NCBI GenBank assembly: GCA_018304425.1
Contig: JAGVWE010000007.1
Coordinates: forward strand, 1 to 64,000
Direction of reading: 5' to 3'
Origin: Candidatus Iainarchaeum sp.
GTDB lineage: Archaea > Iainarchaeota > Iainarchaeia > Iainarchaeales > UBA10219
DNA length: 64,000 nt
Part shown: in pieces, positions 1-9,417 of the stretch
How positions within the stretch are numbered: position 1 is the first letter of the stretch
How the letters are laid out: the number at the start of each line of letters is the position of its first letter
Notes under the pieces: generated by a model
Seen by the model: only the letters and a program-made list of their open reading frames with translations
The model's database searches: none
What the model was told of the DNA's origin: nothing
Made by a program: the position numbers and the translations under genes

Positions 1-99
1 CGCCTACGTCCGCAACCAAGGCGATGCGTTCCAACGCACACTCGCCGACTTCTCCCACACAAAGGGAATCCCCACCCTTTAGGGTGGGGAGGATGTCAA
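1..99 (+). mobile_element. Right end of an IS200/IS605-family insertion sequence
   Basis: GAAT (66-69) at the foot of hairpin TCCCCACCC-TTTA-GGGTGGGGA (69-90), then GGATG-TCAA (96-99). This is the IS608-type guide (GAAT) and cleavage site (TCAA) layout. Confidence 0.85.
2..82 (+). CDS. tnpA: IS200/IS605 Y1 (HUH) transposase TnpA, 3' end only (cut by window edge)
   Basis: Frame 2 reads AYVRNQGDAFQRTLADF...IPTL*. YxxxQ is the catalytic Tyr motif of Y1 transposases, and the stop lies inside the right-end hairpin. Confidence 0.75.
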   Translation, partial: AYVRNQGDAFQRTLADFSHTKGIPTL

Positions 100-100
100 T

Positions 101-598
101 CGGACAGGAAGGCACCTTAACTATGCCGCTACCCGCAAGATGCTGAGGCTTTGCCTGGAAGAGGCAGGAATCAAAAAGCGAGTGAGTTTTCATACCTTCC
201 GCCATAGGAGCTATACCCGTTGCGTCCTTTCCATGGGGGAAAGCGCTACGCAAGCTCGCCATGGCCACATTGTAGGCAAGTCCCAAATGGGCCGGATTTA
301 CACTAATCTATCCGACCAAGAAGTCGACGCCAAATACGATGCGATGACCGGGAAGGCAGTAGAACAGGTACAACCAAAAGGATTGGTTGAAAGCAAGGTC
401 TGCCTCCGCTGCCAGGCCAAGAATAAGCCCACGAATGTATCCTGCGAGTCTTGTGGCATAAGCCTAAATCCAGCTGCGCTGGTGGATGACCAGGAAATGA
501 TGGAAAAGGCAATTGCCAAGCTTGCAGGCCTTTTATCAAAACTCGTAGAACAAGCGGTCGAAGAAAAAATGAAAGTTCGGGAGGTAATGAAAGGGTAA
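101..598 (+). pseudogene. Tyrosine recombinase/integrase C-terminal half with zinc ribbon, interrupted by the IS
   Basis: Open frame from the IS junction: RTGRHLNYAATRKML...HTFRH...RHGH...RIY (HxxR, H, Y catalytic residues), then CLRC...CESC ribbon typical of archaeal integrases. Confidence 0.8.
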
Positions 599-872
599 CT
601 GTTAACACACTTACAAAATCATTATAAATAACTTTAAAGAATATGTTAATAACAATTAGAGCGATTCCGAGCTTTTCGGAATTATGTAGGGCAGAGTGCC
701 ATAGAACAAAAGGTCTAGGCATAGAATGTGGCAAGCGCCATTGCCTAGATTCTCTGTTTTTGACGATGTCTTTAAGCCCAAGTGGGTGTGGCATCGTGAG
801 AACGGGGAGCATTCTCTATCGTAAGCAGCCACCTGAAGGCAGGGGGCATTGCACGCATGGAGGATTATCCCC

Positions 873-1205
873 GTGTATTGTGTATCGAAATTATCGTGGC
901 AGCAAAGAAAAATTATTGGCTTTTTGAAGGCGTCTAGCCCATCTACTATACGTCAGACTGACTTGGTTGAACGTATTCTCAAGGATAAGCTTGACGGATG
1001 CTTCTTCCCGGAAAGAAGTGCAAACAAGCGCAGATGCATAAGAATGCGTTCTATTTCTGCAGAACAGTTAAAGATGTATGCGTGTGTGCGTGCGTCTGTT
1101 TGCCGTTCTGTTAAAGCTCTCATTGAGCGGAAGCTACTTGAAAGGGATGAAGCGGGCAGATATGCGCTAACTCATAGGGCGAGCATGCTGGAGGCCGTAA
1201 AATGA
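873..1205 (+). CDS. Putative winged-helix DNA-binding protein
   Basis: GGAGG then GTG start; C-terminal SVCRSVKALIERKLLERDEAGRYALT wHTH pattern; ATGA overlap with next ORF. Confidence 0.55.
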   Translation: MYCVSKLSWQQRKIIGFLKASSPSTIRQTDLVERILKDKLDGCFFPERSANKRRCIRMRSISAEQLKMYACVRASVCRSVKALIERKLLERDEAGRYALTHRASMLEAVK

Positions 1206-1357
1206 ATTGGGCTGTTTATAGCCTCCAACAGCTGGAGAAGCTCTTACGGCTAAATCCAGAGCTTAAGCAGTTTATTGAAACCTATGAGAAGAAGCGCCTG
1301 GAAACTACCACTCCACCAGCGGGTGAAGGTGAGGAATTAGCGGGGGGAAGCCCATGA
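1202..1357 (+). CDS. Small hypothetical protein (51 aa, absent from ORF track)
   Basis: MNWAVYSLQQLEKLLRLNPELKQFIETYEKKRLE...; ATGA overlaps at both ends. Confidence 0.55.
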   Translation: MNWAVYSLQQLEKLLRLNPELKQFIETYEKKRLETTTPPAGEGEELAGGSP

Positions 1358-1563
1358 TGAAGGTTTCCGGGAGTGAGCTAGGTAAAGCCCATTACCTAAG
1401 CCTGAGAGAGCGATCCCATCTAGAGGAATTAATTGTACACTCGCCTTGTCAAAAGCATTGCGTGTTTTGTCAGGCTCTTCTGGAAAAACTTTCTTCTGGT
1501 AGACGATTAAAGATTCCGCCAAAGAATGGCCGGCGTTCTGTGTGGAGAGACCTAGAAGCGTGA
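1354..1563 (+). CDS. Small hypothetical protein, Cys/His cluster
   Basis: HSPCQKHCVFC; coupled start/stop overlaps on both sides. Confidence 0.5.
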   Translation: MMKVSGSELGKAHYLSLRERSHLEELIVHSPCQKHCVFCQALLEKLSSGRRLKIPPKNGRRSVWRDLEA

Positions 1564-1844
1564 TGTTTAACCCAAGGAGGAATTCAATGTTTCACAACAG
1601 ATTTCGAAACGACCTAATCGCATATATGAAGGCATGCAAAGATAAGGAAGTAGAGCAGATTCTTGTCCAAGATCTTCGGCACCAACTCGCTGAATATGTT
1701 GGTTCGGATCGGACAAAGTTGAAATTTGCTGAGGATCACTTAAAGAAAATAGGGTTCTTGCTGAAAGAGAATACAATGGCGTATCGTGTGAATTATGCGG
1801 TAATTCCAAAATACTTGGAAGATCCGCACCAGCTTTTATTGTAA
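1563..1844 (+). CDS. Hypothetical protein (possible wHTH)
   Basis: TGATG overlap with upstream ORF; ~93 aa basic protein. Confidence 0.5.
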   Translation: MFNPRRNSMFHNRFRNDLIAYMKACKDKEVEQILVQDLRHQLAEYVGSDRTKLKFAEDHLKKIGFLLKENTMAYRVNYAVIPKYLEDPHQLLL

Positions 1845-1862
1845 CCGTGCAAGGGTAAACCA

Positions 1863-2411
1863 ATGAGTCAAAATGCACCAGCGAAGGGGGATCAACTTAA
1901 GGTAGAGCTCCGCCGGGAGCTAGTTAAACAATTGATTCCCCGACAATTTTCTCAATCGGCCATAGCTACAAAATTAGATGTTAGTCGCTCTACCATTCAA
2001 AGGGATGTAGAAGCTATTAAGGCAAGAATTCGGGATGAGACTTCAAACAGCCGGCCTAGTGACTTTCTTGCCGGCATCATCATCAACCATGAGGTTATTC
2101 TCCGTGAGCTGTGGAAACTTGCGGATTCAACTTCACACCCAAACATCAAATTAGGGGCGCTTAAGCAAATCAGCTCACAATGGATTGCTCACACTGAATT
2201 GCTATACAAATTAGGGTTTATCAATGAGGCAGTGAAGGGAACACCAGAAAACTTGAGTTTTGTGGACTACTTGAAGCGCGCGGCTGATGAGAAGAAGGCC
2301 AGGGAACTTATGCGCGTGAAGGGTTCTGGGGAACCCACGAAGGCAGGGTTTTGCTTGCAATGTGGGAGTAAGGAGCATTTCCGGGGCGAATGCGGGTTGC
2401 CGTTGGGTTAG
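1863..2411 (+). CDS. HTH protein, terminase small subunit-like, with C-terminal CCHC zinc knuckle
   Basis: N-terminal HTH (SQSAIATKLDVSRSTIQRD), helical middle, C-terminal CLQCGSKEHFRGEC (CX2CX4HX4C). Confidence 0.6.
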   Translation: MSQNAPAKGDQLKVELRRELVKQLIPRQFSQSAIATKLDVSRSTIQRDVEAIKARIRDETSNSRPSDFLAGIIINHEVILRELWKLADSTSHPNIKLGALKQISSQWIAHTELLYKLGFINEAVKGTPENLSFVDYLKRAADEKKARELMRVKGSGEPTKAGFCLQCGSKEHFRGECGLPLG

Positions 2412-2582
2412 TTGTCAATTATTCTTCAATTAGCAGCAATGGGTTATAGGAACGGAGTGGGGTTGTGTTTAAAACCACTTTTAGGGGATCTTAAACACAA
2501 CAGATTTACTTTATGTGCTCTGCCTTAGTTTGGGCAACACGTTCGGCAATGATTTCTTTGGATTGATTTGATTCCATGTGTT

Positions 2583-2619
2583 AGGCAGACCGTATCTTCT
2601 ACGGTTTGCCCATTTTTTT
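2583..2619 (+). terminator. Hairpin plus T-run, possible terminator
   Basis: GGCAGACCGTA-TCTTC-TACGGTTTGCC followed by a T7 run. Confidence 0.35.
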
Positions 2620-2886
2620 GCACGAGCATGGCTTTGCCACAGTCAAGGCAGGTAATTTTATGGGGCTCCATTCGAAATCCCTCCTAGTATAATAGGTCAC
2701 CACTTGCATTTAAATGTGTGTGTATTCTGGGCTTGCAGCGTGACAATGAACAGTGCATACGTCGATTCCTCTAAATAACTATTTTAGGGGTAGAGTGCGG
2801 ACTTAAGGTGGGGGAAGCCTTTGGGCGCAGCAAGGGTAGGTAGACTTAAATGAATGACTTAACACACGTTATTACAGGGTGGAGAT

Positions 2887-3468
2887 ATGCCAACGATTAA
2901 GAAAGACGCATCCTCAAAAACCGTGATTTATGACTTACTAAAAGATCTGGAAAACCCCTTGCCAGAAAGAGATATCATTCTAACTTGCCACCTGTACTTA
3001 GAGTTTATAATGGATGAAATTTTGATGGAATATTTCTGTCCGTCTAGCTTGAAGGAGTATTCTAATGGTCGAAGAGGAAAATTTAGTGAAATTCTTATAT
3101 TTTTGGGTTTCTTTAAAAAAGTGAATCTACTGCAGGCTGTTGGGATTATTGATACAGACCTTGCCAAAGGAATTTTCTTGCCTATAAATAGCACTCGCAA
3201 TGCCGTATCCCATAATCTTGATATGGGTGAGGTCACCTACAAAGGTAACCTAATCATTCAAGGAAATGGGTTGGAAGAATACAAAAAAGACAGTATAACT
3301 GCATGGACCACTTTAAATGCTGTTGTTGGTGTGTTACTTGAACAGCCAAACAAATTTTGGCGGTCTCATTTGGAGTTTAAACTTGAGAAACCAACTATTC
3401 ATATTGGTGGGAGAGCCTCCCTATTTATTGAACTAGGGAAAGAGGAAAATAGCACCGAAAAAAATTAG
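2887..3468 (+). CDS. HEPN/MltR-like protein
   Basis: ILTCHLYLE helix, FFKKVNLLQAVGII, and RNAVSH (RX4H). Confidence 0.55.
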   Translation: MPTIKKDASSKTVIYDLLKDLENPLPERDIILTCHLYLEFIMDEILMEYFCPSSLKEYSNGRRGKFSEILIFLGFFKKVNLLQAVGIIDTDLAKGIFLPINSTRNAVSHNLDMGEVTYKGNLIIQGNGLEEYKKDSITAWTTLNAVVGVLLEQPNKFWRSHLEFKLEKPTIHIGGRASLFIELGKEENSTEKN

Positions 3469-3722
3469 CCCTTCATTTCCTTTATTTTTTTCAATGCAGC
3501 CTTACCTTCCTGGGTTAGGCCATAGATACTGATGTTTCTCTCACTTGGATTCAAACGCTTGACAAGGCCATATTTTCCTAATTCCCCTATTGCCTGACTA
3601 ACTGTAGGCCTATGTGAGTTAAGCTTTTTGGCCAAATCGGTGGGATTGTTAGGGATTGACAGAGCTTCCAAGATCTTTGTTCTTAATTTACCCCTTCTAA
3701 CGAAAGAAACGACCTTCCACAT
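3465..3722 (-). CDS. Winged-helix (ArsR-like) transcription regulator
   Basis: RGKLRTKILEAL...PTDLAKKL...VSQAIGEL...YGLTQEGK. Confidence 0.75.
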   Translation of the reverse strand: MWKVVSFVRRGKLRTKILEALSIPNNPTDLAKKLNSHRPTVSQAIGELGKYGLVKRLNPSERNISIYGLTQEGKAALKKIKEMKG

Positions 3723-3814
3723 GCTAATAGGGGCATTTTTAGGGGTTTTAAGAGAGCGTTAGAAAGAGCGTAGGATTTTATAAAAACTTCCATTACTGTA
3801 AGTTAAGGTCAGCA

Positions 3815-4228
3815 ATGAAGAAACGATATATTTTGGCCGCATTAATTATTCTGGCTCTACTGGGATTTCTATTCCCATCTGAAACGAAGGATAAAACATA
3901 CGCTGATGAAGAGGCCGATAAAGGACGGGCAGAAAAAGAAATAAGTGCCGCAATAAGCGAGATTAAAGGTTGGCTCAACGTAAACGAAGTGGGGGTGTTT
4001 GATTGGGAAGGGCTTGCTAATCCAAAAGGAGATGGCATAATTGTCGCTGGCTCACATAATAACGAAAGAATAATTGCGTATGTGGTAAATTTGGAGAAAT
4101 CTAATTATGAAAGAATATGCGCGATAAATGGCACAGGCATGCAGTACTTAGATAGAAGGGTTGCTAATGGTAAAGTCCAATATTGCGAAAATTTAAGCTT
4201 CGATGATGTAGAAAATTTTTTTAAATAA
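3815..4228 (+). CDS. Hypothetical exported/membrane-anchored protein
   Basis: Basic N-terminus plus hydrophobic helix; TTTATAAA TATA box ~30 nt upstream. Confidence 0.6.
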   Translation: MKKRYILAALIILALLGFLFPSETKDKTYADEEADKGRAEKEISAAISEIKGWLNVNEVGVFDWEGLANPKGDGIIVAGSHNNERIIAYVVNLEKSNYERICAINGTGMQYLDRRVANGKVQYCENLSFDDVENFFK

Positions 4229-4319
4229 ATAAATCTGGACACTGTTTCGGTCGCGGTTTTCCTGAAGTCTATCCTAAGTCTGGAATGCCTAACTAAAGTT
4301 TACTAGCTAACACTACGTT

Positions 4320-4871
4320 TTAGTGTTTCCAGGGCGTTGGTTTTGAGAAGAAGTCTGGCTGCCAACCACATTTGTAAATGGTCGCAGACTTGATACCAAT
4401 TGATTCCATAATTCTCAGAGTTTCTTTGATTATCTCTGGTTCTAGCTTAGCATATAACAGTTGCGTTTTTACAGTATCGAGTTCTTCCGGATGTTCTAGG
4501 GCATTTCTCATTTCCCTTGAAATGGAAAGTTTTTCAACATCGTTGAAGGCACTAAATGCCGCCCCCGTCGTGAGTTGTTTCAGTAGGGGGGCTGTTGCCG
4601 CCGGTTTATAGATGTGCGGGACGCCAGTGTCAAAAGTTTGCAGCCATCGAGTGATGGAAAATTTCCTGCTGTTTGTTTGGTTCGTCTGCCTTCGAACCAT
4701 GGCATCAAAACCAATCCATGCAAAAACGAGGGCGGCTCGCAGGAAGGCTCTTTCATCAAATTCTCGGTTCGTATAGTTGGGAAGTTTGTGTATTTCCTCA
4801 GCTCTTTCCAAAAAGAGCCTCGAATCAATGATTGATTCGGCATCGTATCTGACGATTGTGAAGTTTATCAC
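4320..4871 (-). CDS. HEPN-like protein
   Basis: RAALVFAWIGFDA helix and RNALEH (RX4H) motif. Confidence 0.5.
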   Translation of the reverse strand: MINFTIVRYDAESIIDSRLFLERAEEIHKLPNYTNREFDERAFLRAALVFAWIGFDAMVRRQTNQTNSRKFSITRWLQTFDTGVPHIYKPAATAPLLKQLTTGAAFSAFNDVEKLSISREMRNALEHPEELDTVKTQLLYAKLEPEIIKETLRIMESIGIKSATIYKCGWQPDFFSKPTPWKH

Positions 4872-4873
4872 CT

Positions 4874-6388
4874 CTACACCTTTGCAGCATTGCGATTAAA
4901 CCATTCCTTGATTTTTTTACGCCATTTGGCCAATCGTGGCCTGAATGTTCTCACGCTATTCCAAGAGAATACATTGCGCTGAGCATCTTGCCAACTCACT
5001 GTATGAATTGTTTGTAATGCGCCCACCACTAGACTAATTACAATAGTCAGCACACTAAAATATGCGGTGGCCCACACAACTTTCTGATTCTGTGCTTCTT
5101 GGAAATTTTGGTCTTCTTTTTGGTGTTTTTCTTCGAGCAACCGGCCTTTTTCGAGTTCTAGCTCGTCGATTCTTTCCCGTATTTTGCTTAACTTATTTCT
5201 AACTTTTTCGCCGTAATCTAAAAAGAGGTCTGTTGCGTGCTTGAATTCGTTTCCCATAAACGTGTTGGCGAGGTAATTCTTGTATTCTTCGGGTAAATCG
5301 CTGGCCTCAATGCGTGTTTTTACGTGGGCGATGAAACGTGCAAATTGAGTTAATTCACCATCTCGAAAATCTTCCAAGAGGTTCCTTTGCCGGTGGAAGG
5401 CTTTAAGTTCCACGTCGATAGAATTCATCGTGAAATTGCCGTCTTGTTCTTTAGCCGCTAGTGCTTCAGGCCAATAGGCATTGCAGTCTCCTGCTGTGGA
5501 GGCTTTTATATCTAGCCCCGGAACGGCTCCTGCTAAGCATTGGTATCTTTTTTGCAAAAAATAATCCGAGTAGTATTGCAAAAATCCCTGCCATTGCGCT
5601 AACCTTATAGCGTTGAGAACATCGTTGTTTCCTCCATCGCAAGAGTTAAGGGGTCGGCTAAATGGTGGGCTTGGCAAATTTGTATAGAGCACAAGTCGAT
5701 CAGTCCTTTCGCTGCTGGTTTCGTCAAAGGCAAAAATAACTTGGTTGCCTCCATATTCCTTTACGAAAAATCGGGGTGACGAGAACAGCCCGCCAATATT
5801 TATCAATTGTTGTGAAAACTTCTTGGATTTGTCGAGCGGAACTTCATACCACTTGTTTGGGGAAGGCACAGTCAAACGCCCGAAGTAATCGTTTTGCGTC
5901 GTCCCTATGACCACGATGGCCCCAGAACCGTAGGAACTGCCTCCTGTGGATGCAGACACCCCAAAAACGGTTTCGGCAACACCCAAGTATTTGTCATTCT
6001 CATTCGCAAACCAAGGCGATTCGGAAGAGGTTATGCACTCTTTTTCTGACTGTGTTTCCTTCACCACGCAAAAAGCGTCGGCAGCGTAGCGTTCTGTCGG
6101 ACTTTTATCCCAAAAAGGAAAACTGCAGTTTAAGTCCATTGTTGAGAGGCCTTGGGCTTCGAGGCGTGTTTTCCATTGTAAGCAGAGGTTTGTGTCGTGG
6201 CCAACTGGAAACGGTGGGGTTGGAGAAGCAGTGGAAAGATTCAAAGCTTTGGTGTAATCTGGCATGCGGCTTAAGTCGTATCCTATTGAAACCAAGAGCT
6301 GGTAGTTTGTGACCCCGCAGACTTGTTCTTTGGCAAATGCAAGTGGAACTAAAAGCAAGGCAAGAGGCAAAAGAAGGTGCAAACGCAT
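4874..6388 (-). CDS. Hypothetical surface protein (signal peptide, coiled coil, C-terminal TM)
   Basis: Hydrophobic N-terminus, Cys-containing ectodomain, coiled coil, TM VVWATAYFSVLTIVISLVVGAL. Confidence 0.7.
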   Translation of the reverse strand: MRLHLLLPLALLLVPLAFAKEQVCGVTNYQLLVSIGYDLSRMPDYTKALNLSTASPTPPFPVGHDTNLCLQWKTRLEAQGLSTMDLNCSFPFWDKSPTERYAADAFCVVKETQSEKECITSSESPWFANENDKYLGVAETVFGVSASTGGSSYGSGAIVVIGTTQNDYFGRLTVPSPNKWYEVPLDKSKKFSQQLINIGGLFSSPRFFVKEYGGNQVIFAFDETSSERTDRLVLYTNLPSPPFSRPLNSCDGGNNDVLNAIRLAQWQGFLQYYSDYFLQKRYQCLAGAVPGLDIKASTAGDCNAYWPEALAAKEQDGNFTMNSIDVELKAFHRQRNLLEDFRDGELTQFARFIAHVKTRIEASDLPEEYKNYLANTFMGNEFKHATDLFLDYGEKVRNKLSKIRERIDELELEKGRLLEEKHQKEDQNFQEAQNQKVVWATAYFSVLTIVISLVVGALQTIHTVSWQDAQRNVFSWNSVRTFRPRLAKWRKKIKEWFNRNAAKV

Positions 6389-6881
6389 AAGTAAAATCAG
6401 TTACAAAACCTAAATAAATCAACCCCCCAAAAATAATTCTCCTCTCTTGGAAGTAGGCTTTTCTTCCTGCATTTCTTGGCATTGCCTAATAAGGTCAAGG
6501 AGCTCAATAATGCCCTGCTAGGTTAAGTGAAGGGCATGCCCAGCCAATTTTTTGAGCCTTGGTTATCTTTTGAGGGCAACTTTTATATACCCCTTGGGAC
6601 ACATGTACATGGCCAAAGGAACTTGCTTTGAACTAGGGGGCTAGTGCCCACCGGTGGCTTTGAACCGAGGGTTTCGGTTCCGCTAATTCGGTATATATAG
6701 TTTCTCGGGAGGAAGGTATGTATGCCGGTAGCGCAGCAAGCCTATTATGACAGAGTCTTTTGCCTTAAAGTGCTTTGACTAATTTTATTTTATCGTGAAT
6801 ACCCCGTGCTCTTGGCGCGGGGTCATTCATTAGATAAGCAGCGTAATAGCGATTTTTGTTGTTTCTAGCTTCTAGCTTGCG

Positions 6882-7625
6882 TCAGATTCTTTCCAGCAGT
6901 TCAGTCAGCCTATTTTGGTCTATCCTGAGCATTCCTGCGGCATCAGCGAGGGTGCCGTCTGTTTTGAATCGATCTAGTTTTTGCTTGAAGGTGCGGACGA
7001 GTTTGGGGTCGAGGCCTTTGGTGCGGGCGCGCTGGCCTTGCTTGACCACCCAGAGCTCTGGGTGGCTGTTTAGGAGGGCGTAGAGGTCGGCGACGTCTTT
7101 CGTGCGTTTGAAGGCGTCCGTGCGTTCGGGGGCCGCTTTGAGTTTCATTTCGATGAGGACTTTGGCGGCGGGCACCAGGATGGGGACACCTTTGACTTTT
7201 ATGCGCGTTTTTTCGCCTTGGTAGACCTTTTTGAGGAGGGGTTCGGGCATGGCGTGCGGGCAGGGCGTGGGGGTGGCGAGGTCGAAGTAGATGTAGGAGA
7301 GGTTGTGGATGGGGTGTTTCTTGCTTTCTTCTGGGTGGAGTTCTTGTTCGGTTTCGCTGTGGAAGATTTTCACCCAGCGGAAGGTCGAGTGGCGGTGGAA
7401 CCCCATTTTTTCCAGCTTGGCGTCAATGGTTCCGGGCTTGACTTTTTTGGGGTCGAAGAAGATGTCGATGTCCCTGGAGCCGAGGTGGACCACGTCCAGG
7501 CCTTTGAGGAGGTAGTGGACGGCCCAGCCGCCCATGAGGCCGATGCGGGCTTGGTCCCTGTTACTGAGGTTTTTAAAGAACTCGTAGAGGAGTTCGTCGG
7601 ACTTTTCAACCATGAGTTTTTCCAT
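6882..7625 (-). CDS. Nucleotidyltransferase, AbiEii/type IV toxin-like
   Basis: GGWAV...SRDIDI polymerase-beta motif, MKLKA and KDVADL motifs. Confidence 0.75.
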   Translation of the reverse strand: MEKLMVEKSDELLYEFFKNLSNRDQARIGLMGGWAVHYLLKGLDVVHLGSRDIDIFFDPKKVKPGTIDAKLEKMGFHRHSTFRWVKIFHSETEQELHPEESKKHPIHNLSYIYFDLATPTPCPHAMPEPLLKKVYQGEKTRIKVKGVPILVPAAKVLIEMKLKAAPERTDAFKRTKDVADLYALLNSHPELWVVKQGQRARTKGLDPKLVRTFKQKLDRFKTDGTLADAAGMLRIDQNRLTELLERI

Positions 7626-7629
7626 GGCC

Positions 7630-8349
7630 TCACATCCGGTTGTCCAGCCATTCTTCCAAGAGCAGCCTGCCCTGTTCCTCGGCGAGGCCTCCCATGCTCA
7701 GGAGGTCGCTTAGCAGGATGGGGGCGGGCGCGACTTGGAATCCCTTGACCTTTTGGCCCTGCCCGAGGAGGGATTCTATGCGGGTGGGCACGAGGAAGAG
7801 ATTGGCTTGGCTCTTGGAGGTCGCGCGCAGGCAGTTCTTGGCGCGCAGGTAATTCTCCCACTGGCCGGCGTCGGCTTCCCGGATGTAGGCGTGAACTTGG
7901 TCGGTTTTCACGTAGGGGTGGTAGAGCTCGCCGCCAGCGAAGGCAGTGAGGGCATAGGGTAGTTTGGCTTCCTGGAGGAGCTTCAGGGTTGCCGTGAAGC
8001 CGAGGGGGCTATAATAGTCGATGGTATCTAGCCCGCTGAACGGCCGGGCCAGCGAAATAAGCTTGACGAGGTCGCTTGCTTTGGCCACGCGGTACTCGGA
8101 GGTCTTGGAATCCTTGACCACATAGCCGTTTTTCTCCAGTTCTTTGGTTACAAAGGTGTACGTGGGGCCGTACGTGAGGGATCTCCCGTCAATGATCGGG
8201 AAGGGCGTCTTCTGCTTGTATTTAACCTCGTCGTCCTTCTTGTTCAGCAAGGCGACCGCGCCCTTGCGGAGCGCCAGAATGCTCCAGGTCTTGTCCTTGT
8301 TCTTTAGCATCCAGAGCAGGGAAACTAGCCGCTTATCTGTCAACTCCAT
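7630..8349 (-). CDS. AbiEi-like antitoxin (wHTH plus C-terminal domain)
   Basis: YALTAFAGG...VHAYI...APAPILLSDLL pattern; 4 nt upstream of the NTase gene. Confidence 0.65.
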   Translation of the reverse strand: MELTDKRLVSLLWMLKNKDKTWSILALRKGAVALLNKKDDEVKYKQKTPFPIIDGRSLTYGPTYTFVTKELEKNGYVVKDSKTSEYRVAKASDLVKLISLARPFSGLDTIDYYSPLGFTATLKLLQEAKLPYALTAFAGGELYHPYVKTDQVHAYIREADAGQWENYLRAKNCLRATSKSQANLFLVPTRIESLLGQGQKVKGFQVAPAPILLSDLLSMGGLAEEQGRLLLEEWLDNRM

Positions 8350-8351
8350 AC

Positions 8352-8374
8352 TATTATCTGTTAAACAGATAATA
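8352..8374. promoter_or_regulatory. Inverted-repeat operator of the AbiE-like operon
   Basis: TATTATCTGTT-A-AACAGATAATA between the TATA box and the ATG. Confidence 0.65.
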
Positions 8375-8640
8375 TATAAATATAACGAATAGTGGCTATT
8401 ATAGGTTAATTGCTCCCTCTGAGGTCTCTAACTAATTCTGGAGCTTTATTTGCAACTTATATAATTGCTGAATCAAACCATCTGGCCCCTATCACTATCC
8501 AGTGATATATCCTTGTTTGGTGATCTGCTTTACAGAAACACAGAAACCGTTATTAACCAGAACAACCCTTAAGGTGGTTAGAGAAACTTTTACCGGTTCG
8601 CGGAATCGGAACCCTAGTTTTGGAGCCCACCGGTGGCGTT

Positions 8641-9402
8641 ATGCGCGGGATTTTGCTTGCTTGTCTGGCCGTGCTTGCTTTGCTGGCCTTGAGTGGCTGC
8701 GTGATTGGGGGGTTTGGCGGCGTCATCGTCAAAGACCAATACGACGCCTTGGCCGTGGACTGCCTCCGCAACAACTGGTCGTCGCCCAAGACGCAAATGA
8801 ACTGCCTTGCCGGCGTGGGCGTGAAGCCCATGCAGGAAGGCGGCAACAACGGGAGATACACCGAGTTGTGCGCGGACTTCGCGCCCATGATTCTCTCGGG
8901 AAGGCTTGAGTACGTGTATGCGTCGGAGGAAACCGCCCTCACGCGCGCAATCGTCTACGACTGCGAGCAACGCGTGAAAGAAGCGGCCCGTGGGCAAGGC
9001 ATCGTGAACTTTTTCACGCTCCCCCAGGAACTCTACAACGAGATGCGCGAGACCTGCGACACCCACCGCTGCATCGTGGAATGGATCCTGGCCAAGAACC
9101 TGCCGGCCGACCTCTGCCATTATGCGGAGGAGGACACGGACATCTGCCTGTGGAAAGTTGCCATGCAACGCAAGGACCCAAGCCAGTGCAAGTACTACCT
9201 GCCCCTTGCTTCCATAGTCTGCTATTACAACGTGGCCCACGACACGGGTGACATCGCCTTGTGCGAAAAAATACGCGAGGTCGCCAAGGAAGAAGAGGGC
9301 TTGTACCAGGAATGCCGGGAAAAGACCTGGACCGAATACCGGCAGGGTAAGACGACCTCCTACGTCGACGAAGCCGCCACCCAAACGAATTTAAGGAGTT
9401 AA
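8641..9402 (+). CDS. Cys-rich lipoprotein-like hypothetical protein
   Basis: Signal with LSGC lipobox; DxxxCxxi...Cy repeats in C-terminal half. Confidence 0.75.
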   Translation: MRGILLACLAVLALLALSGCVIGGFGGVIVKDQYDALAVDCLRNNWSSPKTQMNCLAGVGVKPMQEGGNNGRYTELCADFAPMILSGRLEYVYASEETALTRAIVYDCEQRVKEAARGQGIVNFFTLPQELYNEMRETCDTHRCIVEWILAKNLPADLCHYAEEDTDICLWKVAMQRKDPSQCKYYLPLASIVCYYNVAHDTGDIALCEKIREVAKEEEGLYQECREKTWTEYRQGKTTSYVDEAATQTNLRS

Positions 9403-9417
9403 CCGCTTATTCTCGCC

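Larger units (their letters stand above)
1..6800. mobile_element. Low-GC integrated element / provirus remnant (right boundary approximate)
   Basis: Integrase, translationally coupled small ORFs, HTH proteins, HEPN-like genes; visibly lower GC than the ~60% host genes after 8600. Confidence 0.6.

Noticed and set aside
80-100. TnpA and integrase share a frame separated by one TAG (possible read-through or pyrrolysine fusion)
   Set aside because: A one-in-three coincidence; the TAG is part of the IS hairpin and no pyl genes are seen.
2598-2671. Tiny CxxC ORF (MEPHKITCLDCGK) on the minus strand
   Set aside because: Only ~23 codons and overlapping a terminator-like hairpin; too little support.
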